DNA of 63,576 nucleotides, filler included, from Folioceros fuciformis (Eukaryota), in the NCBI GenBank assembly GCA_049999805.1. It is 13 parts of 13 records of this genome, joined end to end, with 100 filler letters (N's around TTAATTAATTAA, not from the genome) between each part and the next. Parts side by side here need not be neighbours in the genome. Positions count along the whole stretch, not along the records: positions 47,316 to 55,442 come from JBNGIO010005919.1; positions 55,543 to 59,863 come from JBNGIO010005920.1; positions 59,964 to 62,074 come from JBNGIO010005923.1; positions 62,175 to 63,576 come from JBNGIO010005949.1; 9 more parts are not named here. One strand, given 5' to 3'. The notes below the pieces were generated by a model. The model saw only the letters and a list, made by a program, of their open reading frames with translations. It did no database searches and was not told the origin of the DNA. The position numbers were made by a program, and so were the translations under genes. Numbering within the stretch: position 1 is the first letter of the stretch; the number at the start of each line of letters is the position of its first letter. Positions 52,868 to 63,576 of this stretch are shown here, piece by piece.

Positions 52868-55442
52868 ATGGGAACAACAGCACCTGCCTTAGGGCCTATC
52901 ACCAGGAATCGAGGGGCTAGGGCTACCATGCCAAAGTCCTTTGCCCCGCTGCCACCGGGGTCTGCAATTCCGGTACGAGGCCAGGAGCACTCAACGCTGC
53001 GTGTGGAACAGCTGCCCACGATTAGAACACCCGGCCATAGCATGCCAACACCAGAGCATGTGTATCTCTTACCCCAAACCACCACAGTCACACAACTGGC
53101 TGCCAAGCTAACTCAGGTGCCAGTTTTCACACTGTAGGACATGGGCATCACGACCAGCAGGCTGAAGGAAGTTCTTCAAACTGCTGAAGCCACGGCTGCA
53201 TCTGCTGACCCTAGCCTGGGTACAGCGTACACTTCACAATGGGTGCTGCCAATAGCGATGTCACACTCTACAGGTGGGCAGACAGCACCAAGTCACTGCA
53301 ATGGCTCTTACACTGTACAGCTAGTTGAGGGAGTTGACAGCCAACCGCGAGTGCAGTCCACCAATCGACTGCAAGCTCGTGTCAGCAATGCAGTTGTTGA
53401 CAATCGTTGTGGGCACGTCACAATCAATGGGTATGCACCCAGAGTGGTGTTGCTAGACACGGGAGCCCAACCAGTACTCGTTGGGAAGATTCTAGCTGCA
53501 AGGTTGCATCTTCAGGGTGATGCATTGCATACCTCGCCTTGGAACATCAGGACGGCATCCAGGGCTATTGAACCAGTCTGTGGTGAGACAGTCCAACCCC
53601 TGGACATCACCTTGAACTCGGGCACGCCAGATGCCATGACATTGTCCTTGCCCTGCCTGGTAACCACAGCCACCAACTATGATTTGCTGTTGGGGCAAGA
53701 GTTCCTCTTTCCACCAGGAGTTGGTGTGGATAACTGGACTGAGCAAGCCTTCTATAGGCCTGACTGGAAGCAAGGAGGTCGTCGCATTGCACATCTACCA
53801 TTAGATTTGCATGGCCAGGTGGAGGTTGATGTAGCCACTTTGGTGAAAAGCCCGGCTGTAGTTGGTATCAAAAGTAGCAATGTGGTGGAGCTTGTCCAAG
53901 ACACATACCAAGTGGACAAGCATCTAGAGACCAATGTTGCAGAGGCCCAAGTGAGGTGTACTAGTTTGCAGCAAGCTCTAGTTCAGCCTGACTGTCCAGA
54001 GCAGGCAGAGGCATTGCTGACCAAGGCACAAGAGCAGGTCAGCAAGGTGCAACAATTGTTGGAGGCCGGGACCCTATCATCTTGTTCCACATCTTATGTG
54101 GACAATACTGTCATCATATGGGCACCGGCTGCGCTAGCCCTTACAGTCGTTGAACTGTTTGGTGGTATTTGTACCGGGTTAGAAGCTTTGCTCTTGACAG
54201 GTTTGAGCATTCAAAGGTACCTTTACTGTGACAAAGACCCCGTTGCCAGGCAAATTGCTGCATTTCGGCTGCAGGGTCTACAACATCGTTTCCCACAGCA
54301 ATTGTCAGCTGAGGCTTTGGCTAATACATTCACGTCCTTACCTCAGGACGTCCAGTATATACAGCAGGGCCACATCCAAGCCTTGGGCCCCATCGACATG
54401 GTCATAGCTGGCTGGGAATGCCAAGGATTCTCTCAAGCTGGGGTAGGTGCAGGGTTGACAGATCCACGTTCTGGTCTGTTTAGAGATCTCCAACAAATCT
54501 TGGCATGGGCACAAGATAGTAACTCTCAATGTGCATACCTGCTCGAGAACACACCAGCCCAGTTTGATACCCGGCCACAGGTGCAGCAGGATATGGCCAT
54601 TGTGCGACATTTTGCAGGGCCACCATTCCTCATGGATGCTGTGCAGGTGGGTAGCTATGCCCACAGGCTTCGTAACTACTGGACCAATTTGGTCCATGTC
54701 TCCGTGTTGGACTTGGCTCTCTGGAACACTAGCAGGGATCCAGGGCTGCAACTTTGTACTGTATTGGAGAACTACCACCAGCCACAACCTGTGGTGGCCA
54801 GTGAGAAAGCCCCTTGGTTCAAGACCAACATTCCAGGTCAGCCAAGGCAGACGTTGCCCACGCTGGTCAGCTTTCCGGGTTCATTTGCTTACAGAGGAGA
54901 AGGACCTGGCTTATTATTGAATACTGAAACGCAACGGTGGGAAGAACCAACAGTTGAGGAGCGAGAGCGACTCATGGGTTTTCAAACCCATAGTACAGCG
55001 GCCCCCACTGTCACCAATCGGCAGCGCAAGGGCACTCTAGGACGAGCCATGGACCTCCATGCCATCACATGGTTGGTGAGTTTGTGCCTTGCCTTTCAGC
55101 TGCACACTCAGGTCACTCCCATGCTACTCCCAGGCTTGTTTGCTAGCATCTGCCCTGGAGATGCTGTTCACCTCCCATTCCCAGGATACACACAGCTGCC
55201 TTTCTGGCTAGATGCTGGGGGGGGGGAGTACGCAGTATTGGCATCACGTACTGTTTACTCAGCATCTGATCAAGCCAAGGCAGAAAAGGAGGATCCAGGA
55301 GCTACACCCAAGCTGTCTGCTGTTAATTTCCCGTGGAAAATGGGCTCAGAACTCAGTTTGAAGCAACAGGACCGCATTCGTAACTTGCTGCTTAGGTACA
55401 GGGACTGTTTTGCCTTTTCCATGCATGAGCTCAAGAGGTGCA
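52868..55442 (+). CDS. pol: Pol N-terminus: aspartic protease, C5-cytosine DNA methyltransferase and start of the RT region (truncated by contig end)
   Basis: Protease VLLDTGAQ...YDLLLGQEFL. DNMT motifs in canonical order (54140-55075). Pre-RT segment QQDRIRNLLLRYRDCFAFS. One in-frame TAG at 53135-53137. Confidence 0.88.
54140..55075 (+). other. C5 DNA methyltransferase domain within the retrotransposon polyprotein
   Basis: Motif I VVELFGGICTG; II YCDKD; III QDV; IV AGWECQGFSQAG; V-like DPRSGLF; VI LLENT; VIII AHRLRNYW; IX EERERLMGF; X LGRAMD. Confidence 0.9.
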
Positions 55443-55542
55443 NNNNNNNNNNNNNNNNNNNNNNNNNNNNNNNNNNNNNNNNNNNNTTAATTAATTAANN
55501 NNNNNNNNNNNNNNNNNNNNNNNNNNNNNNNNNNNNNNNNNN

Positions 55543-57818
55543 ACCATCAGAAAATCCCCTTCCTCCAGGCGGTTCAACTTAATAAACTCGCCTGCAATCA
55601 TCACCAGCAGGGCCCTAAAGGAAAACTCGAGGAGAGCAAGAATGTGCCAAAAAAAAGGCACCAAGTGAAGTACGACACAAGCAACGTAAGGGTCAGAAGG
55701 ACTCTCCTAACGAGAAGGCCCACACCCTCACCTGTGGATTCAAGCACATACATCCGACTTTGTTAGGAGAAGGCCCACACCCTCACCTGTGGATTCAAGC
55801 ACATACATCCGACTTTTGTTGTTGGGCCAAAACCTGCAAACCAGAAAGCGAGTGTTTACAGGGCTTCAGCTTCAAGAGAGACACATTGGGCCTCAAGGTG
55901 TTGTGGGTACCTGTATTTCAGTTTCCACTTTTTCCCGGTGTTGTAATCCTCGGCATGAATAGGAATCCCATCCTTGAAGGTCAAAACCGGCAGCTGACTC
56001 TCAGCGTCTCGCTGAGAAACAGACCAACATCATCACTGAGAACTGCCTAACCGGGAAAAATTGGTCAGAAACTAGAGCATGAAACACATTCAGCACAGGA
56101 GAAGGTAAAGTAAGGTGCAGATAGGAAAAGAGACCTTGGGCAGAACAATCCGTCCCAGACCCCCTACGTCACTTGCTCTGAGCTCCTTCTTGAACAAGAA
56201 CAGCAAGCTATCCTCCCTGCGACACACACTCCGACCCTGCAACCACAAACACAAGCGAGCACTGGATGCAGCGTCATCTGGAGAGGAAGCGGACGGCCAA
56301 TCCCAAACAACTGTGTAACTATGGATTCAACACTTCTCCAGAAATCAAGGGGACGGGAGAAAAAAACATTCTATTCAACAAACTCGGACACCTTCTCGGC
56401 CTGTTATAACCTTCTCGCTGTCCTCTAACTCCCTGAATCCACAACCATGCTCCCATTCGTGATCTACACAAAGTAGCCCGCGCCCTCCTTCCCCCACACG
56501 CACACACGCACACACTCACACTGAAACACACACAGAGGCAAGGAAAGTGCAAGGGAAAAGGAGGAACAAAACCCACCACATCTGCATTTGCAGAAGCGGA
56601 ATCCACAGTAGACGTGCCCCCACGTTGGGGGGAGACAACATTTTTGGTGCCAGAAGAGGAGACGGTGACGCCAGAGAAGGCGCCCGCGGAGGGGGCTACC
56701 GGCGCCGCCGGTGCGACGGCGGCAGAGGAGCCCCGCGGATGTTGATGCTGCGATAAATTGATGAGACGCTGCTTCGCCATCCGACGCCTCCGAGCTGCCC
56801 GTGTAATAGCACCTGAGGTGGAGGGGCTAGTGGGAGATGCACACGGAAGCGGAGCCGACGAAGATTTCATCAATTCCCGCAGACGGGTCCTTGAAGCAAT
56901 CGCCGACAAATCCTCCTCCTGGAATGCGGTAGTCGCGGCCCCAGTCTGGGCCACGTGCACGAAGCTTGGCACGTCCTGCGGCTGCTGTTGTTGCTGCTGC
57001 GGGTTCACCTGGTGCGGGTGCGGAAGCAGGGTAGGAGGCGGCTGCACCCCGGGCACCAGCGGTATGGAGTTCATAGTGGAACCAAAAAAATTTGCCCGCG
57101 GCCGGTTTTTCCCTGCATCTGCCAGGCAGCTGTTGGGAGGCGACGAGAGACGGGCATGAGTGTATGAAAACTCGTTGACGGCGGGTCCTCCGCCGCCCCA
57201 CACACATCCCGCAGGCGCAGGTGCCGGCGCCGGCGGGATTTGCTGCTGCAGCGACTCCTCCTGGTCGAGACGCTCGGAGGCCAAGAAGGGAGCATCCGAA
57301 ATCTCGATGTCGTTGGCGCACGCTTCGCCCAAAACGCGAAGGAACTGTTCAATACCCAAATTCCCCATCGCCTGCCACAGTAGCTTAAAGTTAGTGACCT
57401 TGACGCGTTTCAGGTCAAGTCGGGAGGCAAGCCACTGCAACATCGCCCGCAAGTCCTCAGGATTCGGCCGAGGGACCTGATGCTGCCGTGGGTACTCATG
57501 CTGGTCGCGAGAGAAGACCATGAGAGGCTGTGGCTGCAGCTGCTGCCGATGCGGAGGCGAAGGCAGATGCAGCTCTCGCCAGTCCGTGTCCATGTCCACG
57601 TCGAGGATCTCGCACCAATTAGGCCCATCCAGAACGTCTCTGGGAGACTCCACCTGCCGCTCCAGCACCTGCACCCCCTCCATCCAGTTGTCTTTACCTT
57701 TGACATCCACGACGCCATCCCCTCCGCCTGGGATCACCATCTCCCCCGTCCACACACCGTTGCGCATTGTCTTGTTCGGCATCCTCGCTTGCCTCCCAGC
57801 AAGCTCCTCCTGCCACAT
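55543..57818 (-). CDS. ABI3: ABI3/VP1-like B3 transcription factor (3' end beyond the contig)
   Basis: Exon 1 has a B1-like EDLRAMLQWL..DLKRVKV and B2 TRAARRRRMAKQR. B3 exons: 56135-56236 (FKKELRASDVGGLGRIVLPK), 55911-56011 (RDAESQLP..WKLKYR), 55787-55833 (FWPNNKSRMYVLESTG) and up to 55591 (EFIKLNRLEEGDF), with GT-AG introns. Confidence 0.9.
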
Positions 57819-58254
57819 TCAACCCGGCACCACCAGTCCAATCACCTCCGCTCAGGGAACCGAGCTGCCTCTAATTCCCCCTTCACCCCCGGGCAACACA
57901 TTACCNNNNNNNNNNNNNNNNNNNNNNNNNNNNNNNNNNNNNNNNNNNNNNNNNNNNNNNNNNNNNNNNNNNNNNNNNNNNNNNNNNNNNNNNNNNNNNN
58001 NNNNNCCGTTTCGTGTCGTGAACGCGAACGGGAGGAGGGCCGAAAGCCAGCGCAAGATGGAGGCTCACAGATCAGCGGCACAAGATGGAGGCACAGGGCC
58101 GCACAGGCCGAAGGTGTCTGATGTTAAAGGCAGACATCGAAGAATCTGTGCAACAGAACTCATCGTCAACTCCAGCTCACGTCAACTGGAAGCAAGATCA
58201 GTGGTCGACAGTTCGCTGTGTCCGGCCCACTGGAAAGGAAACAACCAAGGCAGG

Positions 58255-59625
58255 ATACTTCCATTTTCGGAGCACAGCCGAACTGGAAATGCGCTCTGTG
58301 TCGCACTTGGAAATGCAGGCAGCGGCAGCAAATGGTTCAAATATTGCGTAATCGCCTCGGCATCGAGTATTCATCACGGAGAAGTATTATCATGGAACGC
58401 AGTAAAGACGGAAACAACCATACTTGAAGTAACTTATGCTCCGTAGCTTGAATGTGGCCGGATTGACTCTTGACAAGCACCCATCATCTATCGTATTTGA
58501 TGCACACTTGGGCACCTGGGTACCAGCCACTGGTCTGTCCACCATTTGCATTGCTGCGACATGCTCCAAACTGGTAAACGGTTCCAGAAAAGCGTGTCCA
58601 CTGAAACAGGCTGACAGGAACTGATGAAAAGAAACTTACAATGTGGCTCTCCCCCAGGGGAGAGCCACATTGTAAATTTGATTCGAAAGGCGACGGAATT
58701 GTGCAACCGGGGGATGCAGGAGCTGTCAAAAACTGATTTAGTGGCATCCTCTCCACCTTTTCCTAACTTGCTTCCTGATTGCCAGTCCGGGGTAATGCTA
58801 CGACCAGAGCTACAAGAGGGAGAAGTCTCAGATGTGCTTGCCTGCCTACATGGTATATCTATGGACAGAACCGTGTCCCATTTCCTAACGCGACTGAAGC
58901 TTGTTCTCTCTAGTCCTGGGCTTGAAGGGCTGTCTGGCAAGCGTTGCTCCAGTGAGCTTTCCAGAGCCCTTGATCGGGGGGGGAGGCCTAAATCATCGGA
59001 TGCAATGCTAGCAGAGATACTTGATGCCACCACATTGGGCCTAATAGTCTGTGGAGAGGTTTCTCCAGCGTCTCCAGAAACACACTGAGAACGATGACTC
59101 CGATGACGATGTGGAGGTAGTGCTATCCACGCTGCAACCCTTGACAGTCGCTTCTTGAGGAAGGCATATGAAGCTTTCCTGAGCGGAGGTTGGAATTCTG
59201 CAGATGCAACAAGTGGGCCTTGATGGAGTTAACACTCAAACAATTTTGTACACAGGGCTAAACATTGAGAAGTATGAAACCTTCGTCCACACTCTGGTAC
59301 TCGTCATCGGGGTTCTCCTCTTCAAACCAAGTCTGAGCGTCAAACCAAATTTCATCTGGAATGCAACAGTGCGTCAGTAAACCTTACCACGCTGGTCACT
59401 ACCGGGCGTAAACCTGGATACTACTACTGTACTCATCCTCTCTCAACGAGCCAAATTTGCGAGCTTCTTCGATAAAGACGACGTACCGTGCACATGCCAT
59501 TCCCGCTCTTTCGATGAGCCGAATCTGTTCTTGGGCGGCGATCGAGACACAGGAAGGACTCCCTTACTGGAAGTCCTTCCCTTCCACCGTACATGGTCCC
59601 TCGGCTTGGAAAAGCAGGCTCCCAT
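58255..59625 (-). pseudogene. CW14/EDR2-C (DUF1336) family gene, degenerate and truncated
   Basis: MGACFS N-terminus, IWFD..DDEYQSV, SCIPRL and RPVAGTQVP...VNPATFKLRSISYF. In-frame stop at 59443. The rest of the domain is not found. Confidence 0.72.
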
Positions 59626-59962
59626 GGTTCTCAAGCTACTCTCTGAAATTGAAGTTCTCAATTTGCAGATGCAGCAAGGCGCCGGGGAGGTAACACACCA
59701 AAAACATGCGACTCCGAATCCGGCTTGCGGTTGTGTCGCTCCATCTCCTCCATTGTTAACACATCATCCTATCTGTGCTGCTTGCGTAACTACAGAAGGG
59801 GAGATCATCATAGCCCACCAATTGCTTGCTGTGCGTCCGAGAGCCTTAAAGACGAGTTCCCTGNNNNNNNNNNNNNNNNNNNNNNNNNNNNNNNNNNNNN
59901 NNNNNNNTTAATTAATTAANNNNNNNNNNNNNNNNNNNNNNNNNNNNNNNNNNNNNNNNNNN

Positions 59963-62074
59963 NGCAGACCTATCGGGCCGCATAGCTCGCTGGATCTTGC
60001 TCTTGCAGGAGTTCACATTCACTGTGGAAACAAGGGAAGGGCGTAGGCATGTGAATGCTGATTTTCTATCTAGGCTGAAAACGGGGAATGTGGTTCAGGA
60101 CCAAGAAGATGATTTTCCGGATGAGGCATTTTCAGCAGACCTAGTGGAGAAGGAGAGGGCCAAACCAAATGTTAGGTTGCCAAGAGGTGAAGGTGCAGCA
60201 CCAAATGAGAAGGGGAGAAGAGGGTCCCGTAAGCCTTCCTACCAAGAGGTGTATGATTTTTTAGGTACGGGGGAATTTCCAGTTCATCTCACACGGCAGC
60301 AGCAACGGCTGTTCCTGTACTTCACAAGGCTGGTGGTTAAGTACAAGGGCAAGCTGTATCGCACAGGAGCTGATGGCGTGGAGAGGTTGTGGGTCAAACC
60401 TGGCCAAGTGGAGCAAGTTATCAGCTCCCTACATGAGGGAGAGGCTGGAGGCCATTATGCAGCCCATGTGACCTGTAGAAAAATTCTGGCAGCAGGGTAT
60501 TGGTGGCCAACAATGCATGCTGATGCTGGAGAATTCATCAAGAGGTGTGATGCATGCCAAAGGGTGGGGAAGCCTACTAGGACCACACAATGGCCATTGG
60601 TCCCCATTCTAGCCCTAGCACCATTTGAGAAGTGGGGGATTGATTTTGTAGGACCAATTCAGCCCAAGTCTAAAGGAAGGCAGAACCAATACATCCTGGT
60701 GGCAACTGACTACTGCACACGCATGGTGGAGGCCCAAGCTTTGCCCGTGGACACAGCAAATATGGTGGCCCGATTTTTGTTTGAGCAAATCATCATAAGG
60801 TATGGGTGCCCGTTGGAGCTGGTGAGAGATAGGGGGACTCATTTCATCAATGAAGTAGTCAAGCACATGACTGAATATTTCAATATCAGTCATAGGAAGA
60901 CCACTCCCTACAACCCTAAGGCCAATGGACTCACGGAGAAGGCTAACGGGCTGTTGTGCAAGATCCTCAGCAAACTCACCGTCACCTATGCTCATGACTG
61001 GGATAGGAAACTCCACTCAGCCTTGTGGGCATACAGGACTGCTGAGAAGGTTACTACCCAGCAGACCCCTTATTACCTCACCTATGGACACTCACCGATC
61101 ATGCCTATCGAATTTGAGGTACCTACCTTGAGAATGCAGGAGAGCAATCGATTGCCCGTGGAGGAGAGCCAGCTGGAGAGGCTAACCAGTTTTGTGCAGC
61201 ATGATGAGGATAGGGAACGGGCCTTGGCTGTTTTCCTTGATGTTCAGGAGAGGAGGAAGAAGTGGCACGACCAGAAGTTGCGTAAACAAGAGTATGTTGT
61301 GCCTGGAGATTTAGCCTTGTTATATGACAATAGGTACATGCACTTTCCAGGTAAGCTGCACTTGAGATGGATGGGACCTTAAAGGGTGCTGGAAGTGTAT
61401 GAGAATGGGTCCATCCAACTGCAGCACCTCAACGGCCCTAACTTGCCAACTAGGGTTAATGGCTGGCGGGTGAAGAAATATTATCAGTAGTTGGCGAGGA
61501 CGCCAACAAATGAGAAGGGGAGTATGTGGACTCCACATCCTGAATAGGTCCTTGGAAAATGGTAGGATTTCTCTTTTTGGGAATCTCTAAGTGAACCCTA
61601 TGGTGAAAAAGTTAAAAGATTAGGAAAGATTAGTAGCTACATTAATGGTGAGGTGAGATGTGTCTTTGAAGGGTTGCTGGAATGATCTGAGAGAAGGGAT
61701 GGAATGATTTGAGAGAGGAGGGAGAGGGTTGAGAGGCACTGACCATTTTGGTAGTCTTGAGAGGTTGGTCAATTTTGGTAAGGGCACCTAGTGGTGTCCA
61801 TGGGACACAACCCCTTTCAGGTCAGAACAAGGTTTGGGTCAAAGTTAGGGTTAGATCAGAGTTAGGTTTAGGTTAGAGTTAGGTTTAGTTCAGAATTAGG
61901 GCCGGCTTAGGTCAGAGAGAGATTGCTGGGTGGTTGACTGAGGCTAACCCTAATAGATAGAGATGGAGGTTTGGGCCAAGGTAGTATAAAAGGCTAGACC
62001 TGCCATTGAGGAGGGGGCTGTCTACGGTGCGATTTCCCTGGACCTTGGGTGCAGAACTCCTGGCTTAGGGCGCT
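59963..62074 (+). mobile_element. Ty3/gypsy (Athila-like) RNase H end, integrase, PPT and 3' LTR
   Basis: RIARWILLLQEF, NADFLSRL; HHCC (HEG..GGHY..CDACQ); WGIDFVGP; YNPKANGLTE; C-terminal VNGWRVKKY after one TAA. PPT 61512-61524 and LTR from 61525. Confidence 0.95.
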
Positions 62075-62959
62075 NNNNNNNNNNNNNNNNNNNNNNNNNN
62101 NNNNNNNNNNNNNNNNNNTTAATTAATTAANNNNNNNNNNNNNNNNNNNNNNNNNNNNNNNNNNNNNNNNNNNNGGTGGCAGGGATCGTTCAAACAGCCT
62201 TCTTGGCTGCAAGTTTTAGGGGCCGTCGACTAGGCATTGGGTGAAAGCAAGCCCGGAGAACGGATGCATGCCGCAGACCATATGAAGCAGAACAGGTGAG
62301 AATACCTGGTGCTCCTCACGAGAAAATTACCCTGCTGTCTCTGAAGGGGAGGAGAGTCAACCCCAACCCACGTCTGTCCACCCCGCAAACGTCTGCACTT
62401 AAGGCCCCAGAGCTTAAAAACATAAGGGGTGAGAGTCGCTTATGCACAGTAGGTTTCTTTTGCGGGGCTTACGATTTTGCAGGCGATACAGTATAGCAAC
62501 CCAATCTGCAGGACGCAACGTATCTGACCGATGCTGGGCATTCCAGGTCGAACACCCTACAGTCTGCTGGGCTTTTCACTAATTCAGGTTTTGCCATGAA
62601 TTTCAGTCGTGCGAAGGCTCCAGCAGGACATTGAGGCATGGTTTGTGGCAGTTGATACTACAGAGAACCTTCAAGTATCTGGACTTGGTGCAGCGCGATG
62701 GAAGAGTGGGCTCACATGATCACCTTGCCCCTAGATAAGAGCGCTCGTCGAGGACTTCTCAAGGTTGGACGAAGTTTTTTCTGCTCCTTTTGCAGCGTCC
62801 TCCCTGGTAGATGAGGAACATGGGTTCGGCAGTGAGAAGGAGAATTTTGTGAGGTATCCTTATTTTCACAGATGGAATCCTTGTACATGGTTGGGATATG
62901 GCAAAGCTTCTTGCTGGTATCATATAATGGCTAGCTTGGTCTGATGCTTTGCTGGTACT

Positions 62960-63576
62960 TTCAGCCAAGTGTGTGAAGATGACCTGCTGTTTGAAGCAGT
63001 GCGGGCTTTGGACCTCATGTGCAAGCAGGGAATCCAGGTGTCGGTGGGTATTTGGTATCCTTTGTTGAAGAGGTGGCTAGGCTCACAAGAGCCTAGCCAT
63101 GGGACGGTATGTGCATGCCCTTGGATACAGACGTGGGTACAGCCGCAACATTTTTCTAGGAAACCACATCATCCCCATGTATTCCTGTCATGGTAGTCTA
63201 GCAGAGGCCAACCAGGTGGTCAGGACACTTCCGGCACCCAATGCTTTTGTCTGGACTTCAATGATTACAGCATACGCGCAACATGGGGAAGCTGAGCAGG
63301 CCATAAAACTGTATTTGCAGACGCGGCAATCCAGTGTGAAACAAAATGACTACACGTTTGTGGCAGTGTTGAAAGCCTGTGCAGACATCGGTGATTTGGC
63401 ATCAGGGAAACTGTTACATGCTGATTTGGTGGGCAGCTGGTTTGAGGTGTATGGGTGTGTGGTGAGTGCATTGGTGGCCCCGCTGAGAAGCTTGCATCAG
63501 CTTATGGTCTCCTCAACACACCCGAAGGCACCACCTTGCTGGTAACGAAAAATCTGCGGATGTGTGACCATTGCCA
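62960..63576 (+). pseudogene. PLS-class PPR gene internally deleted and joined to a DYW deaminase remnant
   Basis: PLS repeats: FLGNHIIPMYSCHGSLAEANQV, WTSMITAYAQHG and YTFVAVLKACA. In another frame from ~63476: [33 protein letters not shown]. Frameshifts present. Confidence 0.85.

Noticed and set aside
54140-55075. Bacterial restriction-modification methylase from contamination
   Set aside because: It is fused in frame to a retropepsin and a pre-RT segment, lies downstream of gag, and the element hosts a host-family copia solo LTR.
56319-56575. C-terminal part of the 499-aa ORF as coding sequence
   Set aside because: It reads through the first ABI3 intron (GT-repeat-rich); the real continuation is the B3 exons.
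59963-62074. Gypsy integrase as the 3' half of the DNMT element
   Set aside because: It is on a different contig, and its LTR (TGTGGACTCC...) matches 7948, not the sequence upstream of the DNMT element's gag.

Overview
Repeat-rich eukaryotic (plant) nuclear DNA. It is not one locus. Twelve artificial 100-nt spacers (N-run, TTAATTAATTAA, N-run) join 13 independent contigs or scaffolds. Short introns, a bryophyte-type ABI3 B3 domain and a PLS-PPR gene with a KP-type DYW remnant suggest a seed-free land plant, most likely a hornwort (inference). The window holds many Ty1/copia and Ty3/gypsy fragments (several nested), an L1-type ORF1, CRE-like non-LTR fragments with a restriction-like endonuclease, and a pogo-like transposon end. 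Host genes are an intact secreted legume lectin, an ABI3/VP1-like factor, and decayed copies of SBE3, GDPD, rhodanese, CW14/DUF1336 and PPR-DYW genes. The top finding is a Ty3/gypsy retrotransposon (~48812-55442) whose polyprotein carries a complete-looking C5-cytosine DNA methyltransferase between the aspartic protease and the start of RT. Its frame is broken only by a copia solo-LTR with an ATGGG target-site duplication and by one TAG.
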